Positions 19,138 to 28,204 are shown, counted from the first letter of the stretch. The stretch is DNA of 64,000 bases from a bacterium (GCA_038127595.1 JAYPIC010000001.1:19399-83398), one strand, 5' to 3'. Numbers and translations: made by a program. The notes: generated by a model not told the origin, from the sequence alone.

Positions 19138-22100
19138 ATGAAATATTTTAATTACAAAATAATTTTGTCTGCTATATTTATTTTAGCATTATCATTTTTG
19201 AATGCGCAGAAGATTGTACACCTTGAAGGGTCGTATGATTTAGATGGAGATAATTTATTAGAGTTTATCTCCCTTGAGCTAGATCCTGATAAAAATGTTT
19301 TCCCAACAGTTGTAAAATACAATGAGGTTGATCAAGATGGTTATCAATCATCAATCTGGGAATTTGATGCTCCAAAGGAACTAGATGGTTATTTTGTTGA
19401 TGCAAAAATAGGTGACTTAGATGGTGATGGCATTCCAGATTTAATCATTGTAATGAATCTTTCTAGGTTTGGCACGAATTCTACGCCTCATGTTTTTGTA
19501 GCTGTATATAGCTGGGAGGATGGTTCTTTTTCTGAATTACCTTCAATTACGCTAGATATTGGAAAGCAAGACCGGTCTTTAAGGTGTAATAACTTTTCTA
19601 TGTTAGATCATGATGCTGATGGTGATCAAGAATTAGTTTTATCATTAGGTAGTCCTTATAGAGGTTTTGCAATTTTAGATTTAGACAGCCAAGGGAGATT
19701 GGTGATTATTAAAAAAATTAGACCTGATGAAATGTTAGTTGGGTCTGGGTTGCTATATTCTGCAGTTGTTGATTATGATAATGATGGCTATGAAGATTTA
19801 CTAGCTATTAGTCCTGAGGGCAATACAATAAAAGCACAGCCATTTTATAATATTGGTGGCATATTTGATTCCGGGCCTTTGATAAGAAAAAATTTTGAAG
19901 GTATAAGTGGAATATTGCATAACTCTTTCCAGCTTACTGATTGGGATGCTGATGGATTTAAAGACGTACTAGCACCATTTAGATCTGGAGATATTATAGC
20001 ATTGACTTTAACTCCTGCTACTTTAGTTATTGAAAGAGTGCCTGTCCAACCAGGTCCTCTTACTCAAATTGAAATAGCAGACTTTAACCAAGATAATTAC
20101 AAAGATTTACTGATGCTTTCATCTGATATTAATGCCTTAACAATGATTTCAGGCGAAGATGGGGGCATGGAAAGCGTTCGAAATGTTATGTCAAAAGTAC
20201 CGGAAGAGATGCAAGTCTTTTCCATGCTTCCTTTGACTAAACTTGGCAAATATACTGGAAGCACTATGGTTTCAGGTTGGGACGGAAATAGTAATTCAAT
20301 ATTTATTTTAGATTTTGGTAAGAAATCTGCTGAGTACGACCAAGGGTTTTTATTAAGCACAGATTTTATTACTGAACAGTTGCCTGACTTATTATCAAAT
20401 ATAGAGGACATACAGCCTGAAGTCCCCGAAATTTATGTTGAAGTAATCCCAGAGCAACTTCCTCAATTGCCACAACCTGAAGAAGAAGTAATTACAGAAT
20501 TAGGCGAACAAAGAATTCAAAGCGTCCCTCAAGCGCTGGATCCTACTGTCATTGAAGGCGATGTTTTGAAAGAACAGCCTAGATCAGTACCACCGAAGAA
20601 GGTCATTCGAACTCTAGAAAGTCCAAAAACTTTAAAAGAGGAAGAGATGATAGGTCAGCGACTTCCTAAGCATGTTCTTCCTCAATACATATTAACCTTA
20701 AATCAACCATTTGAGTATATGTTATTGAGGGATACTACAGAAGCATTTCATAGTTTTAGATGGCAAGTTCCGCCGCCTAAAGGAATGTTTTTTCATTACG
20801 AAAGTCAAACAATTAGATGGGTGCCAAATCAAGAGCAGTTGGATGCTTTTCCAGTATCATATTTAGTTAGGGTAAAAGTTGATGAAATTATGGAAGCCTT
20901 ATCAGCTTCTGGCAGTGTTAATCAAGAATATAAAACTGTTCCAGTTCTTGAAAGCAGAGATGAACAAGTTTGGATATACGTAAATGATCCGCCAAGATTT
21001 TTAACTCAACCTTTAGGTACAGAGTTTGTAGCTGGTGGAGTATTTCAGTACGAACCTATAGTTAGAGATAGAAATAAAGATGCATCGTTGCAATTCTTTT
21101 TAGAGGTCGCTCCGCCAGGTATGACAATAAATGATGGTGTTCTTTATTGGAAGTCTGATAGCATAAATGCTGAACAGTATGATGTCAGATTAGTGGTTTC
21201 CGATGGATTTGAGAGAGATGTCCAAGAATTTCAATTATCTGCCAGATCTGGAATTAGAATTTTATCAAAAGCGCCAACAATGGCCACTGTTGGGGAGAAG
21301 TATAATTATGATGTAAAAGTTTGGAGACAAAGAACTAGTCAAGATGCAAATTATAAATTGTTTTATGGTCCTAGTGGAATGAGAGTAGATAAGAAATCTG
21401 GATTGTTAACTTGGGTCCCAAATGAAACGCAGATCGATACAGTTGAGTATGCCTTGGTCTCCACTCATGGAGTTGCTTCAGATACTCAGTTTGTTAAAGT
21501 TTTTGTAAATCATCCTCCAGTCATCCAAAAGGCGCCAGCTCCAATGACAAAAATAAATGTAGGTGCTATTTGGGATTTTGATTTAATGGCTCAAGACCCA
21601 AATAAGAACGATAAACTCATTTATACTGCTCATATACTCCCTGAAGGAATGAGAATGGATGCACGTACAGGCCGTCTACATTGGGAGCCTTCTACTGCTC
21701 AAGTAGATTTTCATAAACTTAGAATCGAAGTTTCAGATGGCCATCTTAGTAAGTTTATTGAATCAGAATTTTTTGTGAATGCTCCTATTAAAATAGTTTC
21801 TGTACCGACAATGACTGCAACAGTCGGTGACGAATACACGTATAAACTAATGACAGTTGATAGGAATAAAGGCGCATTGCTGCCTTTTGATAAAGTTGTA
21901 AAAGTTGAGGATGTAAGTAACACTAAAATATATAGTATAAATATTTCAGATGATGTTGTAATTCAGAACATTGATAGGTTTCTTGGAGACTGGTATAATG
22001 CGAAAGAAGTTTATTACGTCAACCCAAAATATCCTGCAGATACATTAGTATCTAGAGTCAATTTGAAGCGATATGTTCAATCTGTGTTTTATGAAGATAA

Positions 22101-23013
22101 TAGACTTTGGGTCATTACCTCAACAATAAATGGTCGAACAATAAAGATTAAAGATTTTTTATGGGAATTTTTTCAGGGTAATAAGGGTAAGCCACCTCGA
22201 ATACTTGTAGAAAGAGTGAACCCTGTGCGTTTTACTTTGACTGAGTTTCCAGAAGGTATGGAGGTTGATGAATCTCTTGGTGCTATAAAATGGACACCTA
22301 AAAAATCTCAAACAGATATGCATAGAATTTCTGTAATGGTTTCTGATGGCTACACAAAAGATGAACAGATATATGAAGTGTATTCAAATCATTTACCTAC
22401 AATTATTTCAAACACACCTCGAATGGCTTTAGTTGGAGAGTTATTTAAATATCAAGTTAGGGTTGAAGATTTAAATGAAGGTGCTAACCTGAAATATAAT
22501 TTAATTAAAGGCCCTCATGGTATGCAGCTTGATAAGAGTGGAAAAATATTATGGGTTCCGAAAGCTGCACAAATCAATTATAATGATTTTGAAGTTTCTG
22601 TCACAGATGGATATGGAACTGATATCCAATCTGGAAGAATATTTATAAATAACCCACCTTCAATTATTTCAACTCCAAAGCCTGTTGGTCTTACTGGTCA
22701 TACTTGGAGGTATAAGTTAACTACTGAAGATTTGAATGGAGATAGAGTAACATATCGTGCAGTGCGATTGCCTAAATTTGCAAAATTTGATAGAAGAACT
22801 GCTACTCTTGAGTGGACCCCAAGAAAGAACCAAGATGGTGTAAATGACTTTATTTTAATGGCGGTTGACGAGCATGGAGCAACGACAACTCATGATTTCC
22901 AAGTCCATGTGTTTTACGATCCAAGTGCAAAACAATTAGTAAATAGTGGTTGGCCTTTGATGTTAACTTTTGTTGGTGTTGTTTTTGCTTGGGGCGCTGG
23001 GCAAATGAACTAG
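19138..23013 (+). CDS. Giant surface protein: FG-GAP/VCBS-like N-terminal region plus about 7 He_PIG / dystroglycan-type cadherin-like Ig modules plus a C-terminal hydrophobic tail
   Basis: Signal peptide (ILSAIFILALSFLNA/QK). FG-GAP-like motifs SYDLDGDNLLEF, IGDLDGDGIPDLII, MLDHDADGDQELV, VVDYDNDGYEDLL, LTDWDADGFKDVL and IADFNQDNYKDLL. Seven modules carry P-x-G-M-x-[VLMI]-D-x-x-[ST]G-x-[LI]-x-W-x-P ... V-[ST]-DG (e.g. GPSGMRVDKKSGLLTWVP, LPEGMRMDARTGRLHWEP, GPHGMQLDKSGKILWVP). Tail is SGWPLMLTFVGVVFAWGAGQMN. Confidence 0.6.
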   Translation: MKYFNYKIILSAIFILALSFLNAQKIVHLEGSYDLDGDNLLEFISLELDPDKNVFPTVVKYNEVDQDGYQSSIWEFDAPKELDGYFVDAKIGDLDGDGIPDLIIVMNLSRFGTNSTPHVFVAVYSWEDGSFSELPSITLDIGKQDRSLRCNNFSMLDHDADGDQELVLSLGSPYRGFAILDLDSQGRLVIIKKIRPDEMLVGSGLLYSAVVDYDNDGYEDLLAISPEGNTIKAQPFYNIGGIFDSGPLIRKNFEGISGILHNSFQLTDWDADGFKDVLAPFRSGDIIALTLTPATLVIERVPVQPGPLTQIEIADFNQDNYKDLLMLSSDINALTMISGEDGGMESVRNVMSKVPEEMQVFSMLPLTKLGKYTGSTMVSGWDGNSNSIFILDFGKKSAEYDQGFLLSTDFITEQLPDLLSNIEDIQPEVPEIYVEVIPEQLPQLPQPEEEVITELGEQRIQSVPQALDPTVIEGDVLKEQPRSVPPKKVIRTLESPKTLKEEEMIGQRLPKHVLPQYILTLNQPFEYMLLRDTTEAFHSFRWQVPPPKGMFFHYESQTIRWVPNQEQLDAFPVSYLVRVKVDEIMEALSASGSVNQEYKTVPVLESRDEQVWIYVNDPPRFLTQPLGTEFVAGGVFQYEPIVRDRNKDASLQFFLEVAPPGMTINDGVLYWKSDSINAEQYDVRLVVSDGFERDVQEFQLSARSGIRILSKAPTMATVGEKYNYDVKVWRQRTSQDANYKLFYGPSGMRVDKKSGLLTWVPNETQIDTVEYALVSTHGVASDTQFVKVFVNHPPVIQKAPAPMTKINVGAIWDFDLMAQDPNKNDKLIYTAHILPEGMRMDARTGRLHWEPSTAQVDFHKLRIEVSDGHLSKFIESEFFVNAPIKIVSVPTMTATVGDEYTYKLMTVDRNKGALLPFDKVVKVEDVSNTKIYSINISDDVVIQNIDRFLGDWYNAKEVYYVNPKYPADTLVSRVNLKRYVQSVFYEDNRLWVITSTINGRTIKIKDFLWEFFQGNKGKPPRILVERVNPVRFTLTEFPEGMEVDESLGAIKWTPKKSQTDMHRISVMVSDGYTKDEQIYEVYSNHLPTIISNTPRMALVGELFKYQVRVEDLNEGANLKYNLIKGPHGMQLDKSGKILWVPKAAQINYNDFEVSVTDGYGTDIQSGRIFINNPPSIISTPKPVGLTGHTWRYKLTTEDLNGDRVTYRAVRLPKFAKFDRRTATLEWTPRKNQDGVNDFILMAVDEHGATTTHDFQVHVFYDPSAKQLVNSGWPLMLTFVGVVFAWGAGQMN

Positions 23014-24041
23014 ATAAATAAACTATTTATTTTGTCTTCTAATTTATTATCAGGTGAAAAATGCATTTCTGTTTTTAATGCGTAAACAGGAATTTTAGGA
23101 TTGATATCTGGTATTTTTACCAAATCTTTTTCAGTTGTGATGATATAGTTTGCGCTAAATTTTTTTGCATCATTTTGTACTTTTTGCAAGTCATTAGCTT
23201 TAAATTTATAATGATCTAAAAATTTGCTGTGACCAACAATGTTCGCACCGATTTTTTCTACTGTTTTTTTAAACCCTCTATTATCCCCGATGGCAGATAG
23301 TAAATATATGTTTTTTGATTTTAATTTTGCTTTATCTATTTCCTGCTTATCTTTCCCAATTAGCTTTGATTTGGATTCTAACACACTATTTATTCTTTCT
23401 ACATTCACATTTTTTAGTAACTTGTTCAAATAGTTTAAATTGTTATGCACATTAGTCTTTGTATAAATTATCAAGTCAGCTCTTTTTAATCCGCTTATTC
23501 GTTCTCTTAAATTCCCTATTGGAAGTATTTTATGAGTTCTCTTAGTATCCTTACTGTTAATTAATACTATATCCAAATCTCTATGAATTGACCGGTGTTG
23601 GAACCCATCATCAATTATGATAACGTCAAGATCAAATTCAGATGTAATTCTGAGTCCAGCTTCATATTTTGATTCTCCTACAACTATGGGTATAGAATTT
23701 AAATTTTGTGATAGTAAGAAAGCTTCATCTCCATATTGTTCCCATGAATTAGGTTTATCAAACCCATTAGTTACTAACTTTACATGTTTTGATGATCTGC
23801 CATATCCCCTACTAATAATACCCACATTTTTCCCAATTGATTGTAAATGCAAAGCTAAAAATTCTACAGTTGGTGTTTTTCCAGATCCTCCAGTAGTTAT
23901 ATTTCCTACACTAATAACTTTACATGGTAATTTGTTGGTATTAAAAATATTTGTATCATACAAGTAATTTCTTAATGTTGTGATCAGTCCGTACAAAAAT
24001 GATAATGGATATAATAGTAATTTAAGTGTTGTTTTTAGCAT
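23010..24041 (-). CDS. lpxK: Tetraacyldisaccharide 4'-kinase
   Basis: P-loop VISVGNITTGGSGKTP and DDGFQH motif. Start re-set to ATG 24041 (MLKTTLKLLLYPLSFLYG); the track N-terminal 40 aa overlap the upstream gene. Confidence 0.9.
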   Translation of the reverse strand: MLKTTLKLLLYPLSFLYGLITTLRNYLYDTNIFNTNKLPCKVISVGNITTGGSGKTPTVEFLALHLQSIGKNVGIISRGYGRSSKHVKLVTNGFDKPNSWEQYGDEAFLLSQNLNSIPIVVGESKYEAGLRITSEFDLDVIIIDDGFQHRSIHRDLDIVLINSKDTKRTHKILPIGNLRERISGLKRADLIIYTKTNVHNNLNYLNKLLKNVNVERINSVLESKSKLIGKDKQEIDKAKLKSKNIYLLSAIGDNRGFKKTVEKIGANIVGHSKFLDHYKFKANDLQKVQNDAKKFSANYIITTEKDLVKIPDINPKIPVYALKTEMHFSPDNKLEDKINSLFI

Positions 24042-24681
24042 ATTCTTTATTTGTACTCTCAACTTTATCCATTGCATCAGATAGTAATTTTTTACATGTT
24101 TCAAAATCTTGTTCAGGATCAAGCTGTAATGGCTCACCATATTGGAGAAAAATCTTACCAAATGGTTTTTCTAAAAAAAATGTATGCCAATTAGTAAACT
24201 GCCAATTTTTTGTAGATATTGCGGAAACAGGAATTATCAATGCCCCCGTTTTTTGAGCTGCTTTTATAACACCTGGTTTAGGGATTCTTTCTGGTCCTTT
24301 GGGGCCATCAGGCGTTATACCAACGAGAGAAGAAGGTTGCCTTAGTATTTTAACTATTCTAACAAATATTTTAGATCCTCCTTTAGAACTTGAACCTCTA
24401 AGCATTTTCCAGCCAAGTTTAATTCCTATTCTCGATATTAATTCTCCATCTTTATTTAACCCTGCCAAGCCATAAAATTTCTTGTTCATAAGGTGCATAA
24501 ATGGAGTTAATAGTTGTCCATGCCAGCAAGATAAAATAATACTTTTTTTATTTTTTAACGGAAGTTTGAAATTGTTAGAGCCTCTAACATCCCATTTATT
24601 TGTATTATAAAAAAAATATAATATCCACTTTGCCAAGCTTGCTTGTACAGACAGTAAAAAGTTATCGTATTTATTTTTCAT
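24022..24681 (-). CDS. DUF374-family (lysophospholipid-acyltransferase-like) protein of LPS clusters
   Basis: SCWHGQLL ... NKDGELISR ... LRGSSSKGG ... ITPDGPKGP, characteristic of DUF374 proteins usually found next to or fused with waaA/lpx genes. Overlaps lpxB and lpxK. Confidence 0.7.
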   Translation of the reverse strand: MKNKYDNFLLSVQASLAKWILYFFYNTNKWDVRGSNNFKLPLKNKKSIILSCWHGQLLTPFMHLMNKKFYGLAGLNKDGELISRIGIKLGWKMLRGSSSKGGSKIFVRIVKILRQPSSLVGITPDGPKGPERIPKPGVIKAAQKTGALIIPVSAISTKNWQFTNWHTFFLEKPFGKIFLQYGEPLQLDPEQDFETCKKLLSDAMDKVESTNKEYAKNNT

Positions 24682-25801
24682 TATCTTTTTCTGATATTAT
24701 ATGTTTTGCAGCTCTATCAAACACACCTGGAGATCCTAACTTTGTTCTTATTTTTTTATATTTTTCTATAGTCTCTTTTCGCTTTTTTGATGATGGTGAA
24801 AGGTATTCAAGTAAGTGGGGCAATATTTTTTTTGCAGTCATATCACTTTGAATAAGTTCAGGTATAATCTTTTCCTCTGAAATTAGATTTACTATTGATA
24901 TGAAATTTACCTTCCCAAATATTTTGAAAATCATCCAATTAATGTATGAGGTTTTATAGCAAACTATAGTTGGTATTTCTGCTAAGGCACATTCAAGATT
25001 TACAGTACCAGAACTGCTAATTGCCGCAGTCCCATGCTTAAGTGCATTGGTAACAGAAGATTCAATTATTATAAAATCTGGGATATTTTTTATAATTACA
25101 TTATTAGATTTGACAAGACAAAATCTTAGTGAGGGCAATTTTTCCTTTAATAAAAAGATGGTTTCTAAAAAAACAGGCCAATGATTATTTATTTCTTGCT
25201 GTCTACTACCTGGAAGTAGAACCAATAACGAATCATCACTTTTTAAATTGTGTTTTTTAAGAAAAATTTTATCCTTATCTAGCTTGTAGTCTTCATCTAA
25301 AAAAGGATGTCCTGGATAGTATGTTTTCAATCCCTTCGAGTTATACCAGTTAGTTTCAAATGGGAAAATAGATATAAAATCTGAAATGTTTTCTTTCATA
25401 AATAAGATTCTATTTTCTTTCCAGGCCCATGTTTGAGGCAGAATGAAATATGTAATAGGAATGTCTAGATGTTTTATCTTTTTAACTAAACGCAAATTAA
25501 ATCCCGGATAATCAATAAGTAGTAATTTATCAGGTCTTGAAATTTGAATTTCAGAAACTGTATCGTTTAAAATTTTGGATAGTCTATTGTAGTTTTTTAA
25601 TACTTCTACAAAGCCCATTACTGACATTGTGTCGATATGGTTTTTTACATGTACGCCCGCCTCTATCATTTTGTCCCCACCATTACCAATGAATTTTATA
25701 TTTGGAGAAATTTTTTTTAATGATAATACTAATTTTGCTGCATGGATATCCCCAGAAGGCTCGCCGGCAGATATAAAGAAAGTACTGATTTTATCACTCA
25801 T
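24671..25801 (-). CDS. lpxB: Lipid-A-disaccharide synthase
   Basis: N-terminal FISAGEPSGDIHAAKLV, DYPGFNLRL, LLPGSRQQEI and SGTVNLECAL; about 376 aa. Confidence 0.9.
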   Translation of the reverse strand: MSDKISTFFISAGEPSGDIHAAKLVLSLKKISPNIKFIGNGGDKMIEAGVHVKNHIDTMSVMGFVEVLKNYNRLSKILNDTVSEIQISRPDKLLLIDYPGFNLRLVKKIKHLDIPITYFILPQTWAWKENRILFMKENISDFISIFPFETNWYNSKGLKTYYPGHPFLDEDYKLDKDKIFLKKHNLKSDDSLLVLLPGSRQQEINNHWPVFLETIFLLKEKLPSLRFCLVKSNNVIIKNIPDFIIIESSVTNALKHGTAAISSSGTVNLECALAEIPTIVCYKTSYINWMIFKIFGKVNFISIVNLISEEKIIPELIQSDMTAKKILPHLLEYLSPSSKKRKETIEKYKKIRTKLGSPGVFDRAAKHIISEKDNEK

Positions 25802-26391
25802 AAAAAGTTAAATAGAGAAATAATCTGAGATTTAAATAATATTAAAATAAAAATTAACGATATGTTTTGAAGAGTTCGCTTTTCTGTTTTCAATGTCTTA
25901 TATAAGTTTTGAGGTTCAATTTTATTGCCGCTATCCCAGGGTTTAAGCTTTGGTAAAAGTTTGGGAACATTTTCAATGTACGATTCATATTCTTCTCCAA
26001 ATTTTAATTTGAGAGTTTCTTCCTCTAAAGATATGATAAAATAATATTGAACCATGAAAAAGATTATGATTATCGAAACAAGTTGCCACATCCATTGTCC
26101 TCCCCCAAGAAATGCCACACCAGCATAAATTATTATATTTCCCCAGTAGAGAGGGTTTCTTGTGTGAGAATAAGGCCCTGATGTACATAATGAAGGTGCG
26201 CCTACATTTCTAGTTCTAGTGGCTCCCCCAGCATAGCGAACAGCATTTATTCTAATTATTTCTCCAATGGCTATCAGTAAAATTCCTAATATGTTAAAAG
26301 GGATTATTGGTTGGCTGTTATAAATGATTGCTAAGGCTATTGGGATTGGCGTATAGCTTCTAAATTTGAAAAATATGTTTCTGATATCCAT
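25798..26391 (-). CDS. Isoprenylcysteine carboxyl methyltransferase (ICMT/PEMT)-family membrane methyltransferase
   Basis: Polytopic 197-aa protein with the family C-terminal core (GPYSHTRNPLYWGNIIIYAG ... EEETLKLKFGEEYESY). Overlaps the upstream dehydrogenase by 1 nt and lpxB by 4 nt. Confidence 0.65.
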   Translation of the reverse strand: MDIRNIFFKFRSYTPIPIALAIIYNSQPIIPFNILGILLIAIGEIIRINAVRYAGGATRTRNVGAPSLCTSGPYSHTRNPLYWGNIIIYAGVAFLGGGQWMWQLVSIIIIFFMVQYYFIISLEEETLKLKFGEEYESYIENVPKLLPKLKPWDSGNKIEPQNLYKTLKTEKRTLQNISLIFILILFKSQIISLFNFL

Positions 26392-27383
26392 TAATTTAAA
26401 TCCTCAAGAATCATTTCATTAATTTTAATTACTACATCTAAAGCATTACGCGCTGCAATACCATCGACAATGGGTTTTTCTCTTTTTAGTATCGAGTTTA
26501 CAAAGTTATCAAGCTCTGCACGCAAAGGATCATATTCGTCGATCTCCGGTTTTTCGTAAATAATATATTTATTATCATTTTTTTCTGGAAATGGTTCAAT
26601 ATGCAACGCATTTTCAATTAGGTTTTTATCTTTTGTTATGTTATATATTTCTGTTTGAGATAATAATAAGTCTATTGTTGAATACAAATTTTCTTGAAAA
26701 ATCTTAATTTTTCTAACTTTATCCTTTGCGACCCTGCTAGAAGTAATACTAGACACAGTTCCATTTTCAAATCGTATTCTTGCATGAGCAATATCTACAG
26801 AATTAGTTAAAATTGAAACTCCGCTCGCATGAATACTTTTCACCTTTGATTGTACTAGTGATAATAATATATCAATGTCATGAATCATTAAATCAAGCAC
26901 AACTGGAACATCAGTGCCCCTTACAGTGTATGGTGCAAGTCTTTGAATGTCTATAAATTTTGGACTTAGATCATATTTATCTAATACTTTAAGTGCAGGA
27001 TTTAATCTTTCAATATGTCCAACTTGAATTATTAATTTTTTCTTTTTTGCTTCTTCAATTAATCTATCAGCCTGTATGGTTGTTTCAGTAATAGGTTTTT
27101 CAATAAAAACATTGCAATCAAAATTAGATATTGCATCCTTTGCTACGTCATAATGAAACTCGGTTGGAGTTACTATTGATATTGCATCGCATTTTTGCAT
27201 CAATTCATTTGCTTTTTCAAAATATTTAGTATCATAGATAGTTGCTATTTTTTTACCTCTAACCGAATCAGTATCATACACACCTAATAGGTTAATATTG
27301 TTCATATTACTGTAATGCTTAACATGATGCTGCCCGAGGTGGCCTACACCTATTACTCCAATGCTTATCTTTTGCGATTTCAT
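26391..27383 (-). CDS. Gfo/Idh/MocA-family NAD(P)-dependent oxidoreductase (possible sugar-nucleotide 3-dehydrogenase)
   Basis: Rossmann N-terminus ISIGVIGVGHLGQHH and the EKP motif (VFIEKPIT). First gene of the lpxB-lpxK operon. Confidence 0.8.
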   Translation of the reverse strand: MKSQKISIGVIGVGHLGQHHVKHYSNMNNINLLGVYDTDSVRGKKIATIYDTKYFEKANELMQKCDAISIVTPTEFHYDVAKDAISNFDCNVFIEKPITETTIQADRLIEEAKKKKLIIQVGHIERLNPALKVLDKYDLSPKFIDIQRLAPYTVRGTDVPVVLDLMIHDIDILLSLVQSKVKSIHASGVSILTNSVDIAHARIRFENGTVSSITSSRVAKDKVRKIKIFQENLYSTIDLLLSQTEIYNITKDKNLIENALHIEPFPEKNDNKYIIYEKPEIDEYDPLRAELDNFVNSILKREKPIVDGIAARNALDVVIKINEMILEDLN

Positions 27384-27533
27384 AAGATTTAATATTTTTT
27401 AGATTTTAATATATATAAAGTTGTTGATTAATTAGTGAAATCTCCACAGAAATTATTGAGTAAAAAAACTTGCATTTAGTGTTTAAATAAATCAATTTTA
27501 GATGTAATTCGTAGGTAAAATCGGAGTTTCGTT

Positions 27534-28187
27534 ATGAATAACGATGTTAAATCCGGGTTTGGGTATATTATACCTTTTGGAGCTATTATAGGTTTCTTTA
27601 CAGCTTTATTTCTCGGTGAATTTTTAATTAGTGTTGTCATTGCTATAGCAGGCATTCTTGTGTGGTTCTTGTATATGGTTGTAATGGAGTCTTCTCCACC
27701 ATCTAACCTCGGGAATCTGATCATCTTTTTTGGTGTCCTGTTATCAGTGGGCGTCTTTATGGGTTTTGGTGTCTCTCAAAATATGTGGGGAGGGGTAGAA
27801 TTCGTATCTGAAGGTTCACTTTTTGCTTTAGTTATTTTATTTTTTTCTGTCCTTACCGGTATGCTTTTTAGGGGACAGCCTATCATTCAACAAACCAATC
27901 CATCATATGATTTGAATGCTCAGGAAAAAAAATTGGTTGAGGATGCTTTAAAAAACGAAGGTCAAAATTCTAGTTCTTCTGACCCTAAAGTTATTGTTGT
28001 AAAGCAAGAAGCGAACTCTCAAGATAAGGAAGATGCCACAGCTAAAGCTAAGGAGCTTGTGCCAGAAGCAGCTACTCATCAATATAATAATCCCTACGTG
28101 TATGCTTACCCGCCTGAGTATTATTATGATGAAGATGATTATGAAGACGATTATGAGGACGAATATGAAGACGACTACGAAGAGTAG
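27534..28187 (+). CDS. Four-TM membrane protein with a disordered tail ending in a Tyr/acidic repeat
   Basis: GGAG RBS upstream of ATG 27534; four hydrophobic helices; C-terminus YPPEYYYDEDDYEDDYEDEYEDDYEE. No family recognised. Confidence 0.5.
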   Translation: MNNDVKSGFGYIIPFGAIIGFFTALFLGEFLISVVIAIAGILVWFLYMVVMESSPPSNLGNLIIFFGVLLSVGVFMGFGVSQNMWGGVEFVSEGSLFALVILFFSVLTGMLFRGQPIIQQTNPSYDLNAQEKKLVEDALKNEGQNSSSSDPKVIVVKQEANSQDKEDATAKAKELVPEAATHQYNNPYVYAYPPEYYYDEDDYEDDYEDEYEDDYEE

Positions 28188-28204
28188 TTTATAAAATAAG
28201 TATT

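Noticed and set aside
27476-27724. 82-aa ORF on the minus strand, and the many other 60-120-aa track ORFs nested antisense or out of frame in larger genes (e.g. 662-934, 2371-2631, 13433-13702, 23617-23967, 35508-35873, 44635-44988, 51271-51627).
   Set aside because: All are fully embedded in well-supported longer genes, have low-complexity or biased composition typical of shadow ORFs in AT-rich DNA, and lack RBS or domain signals.
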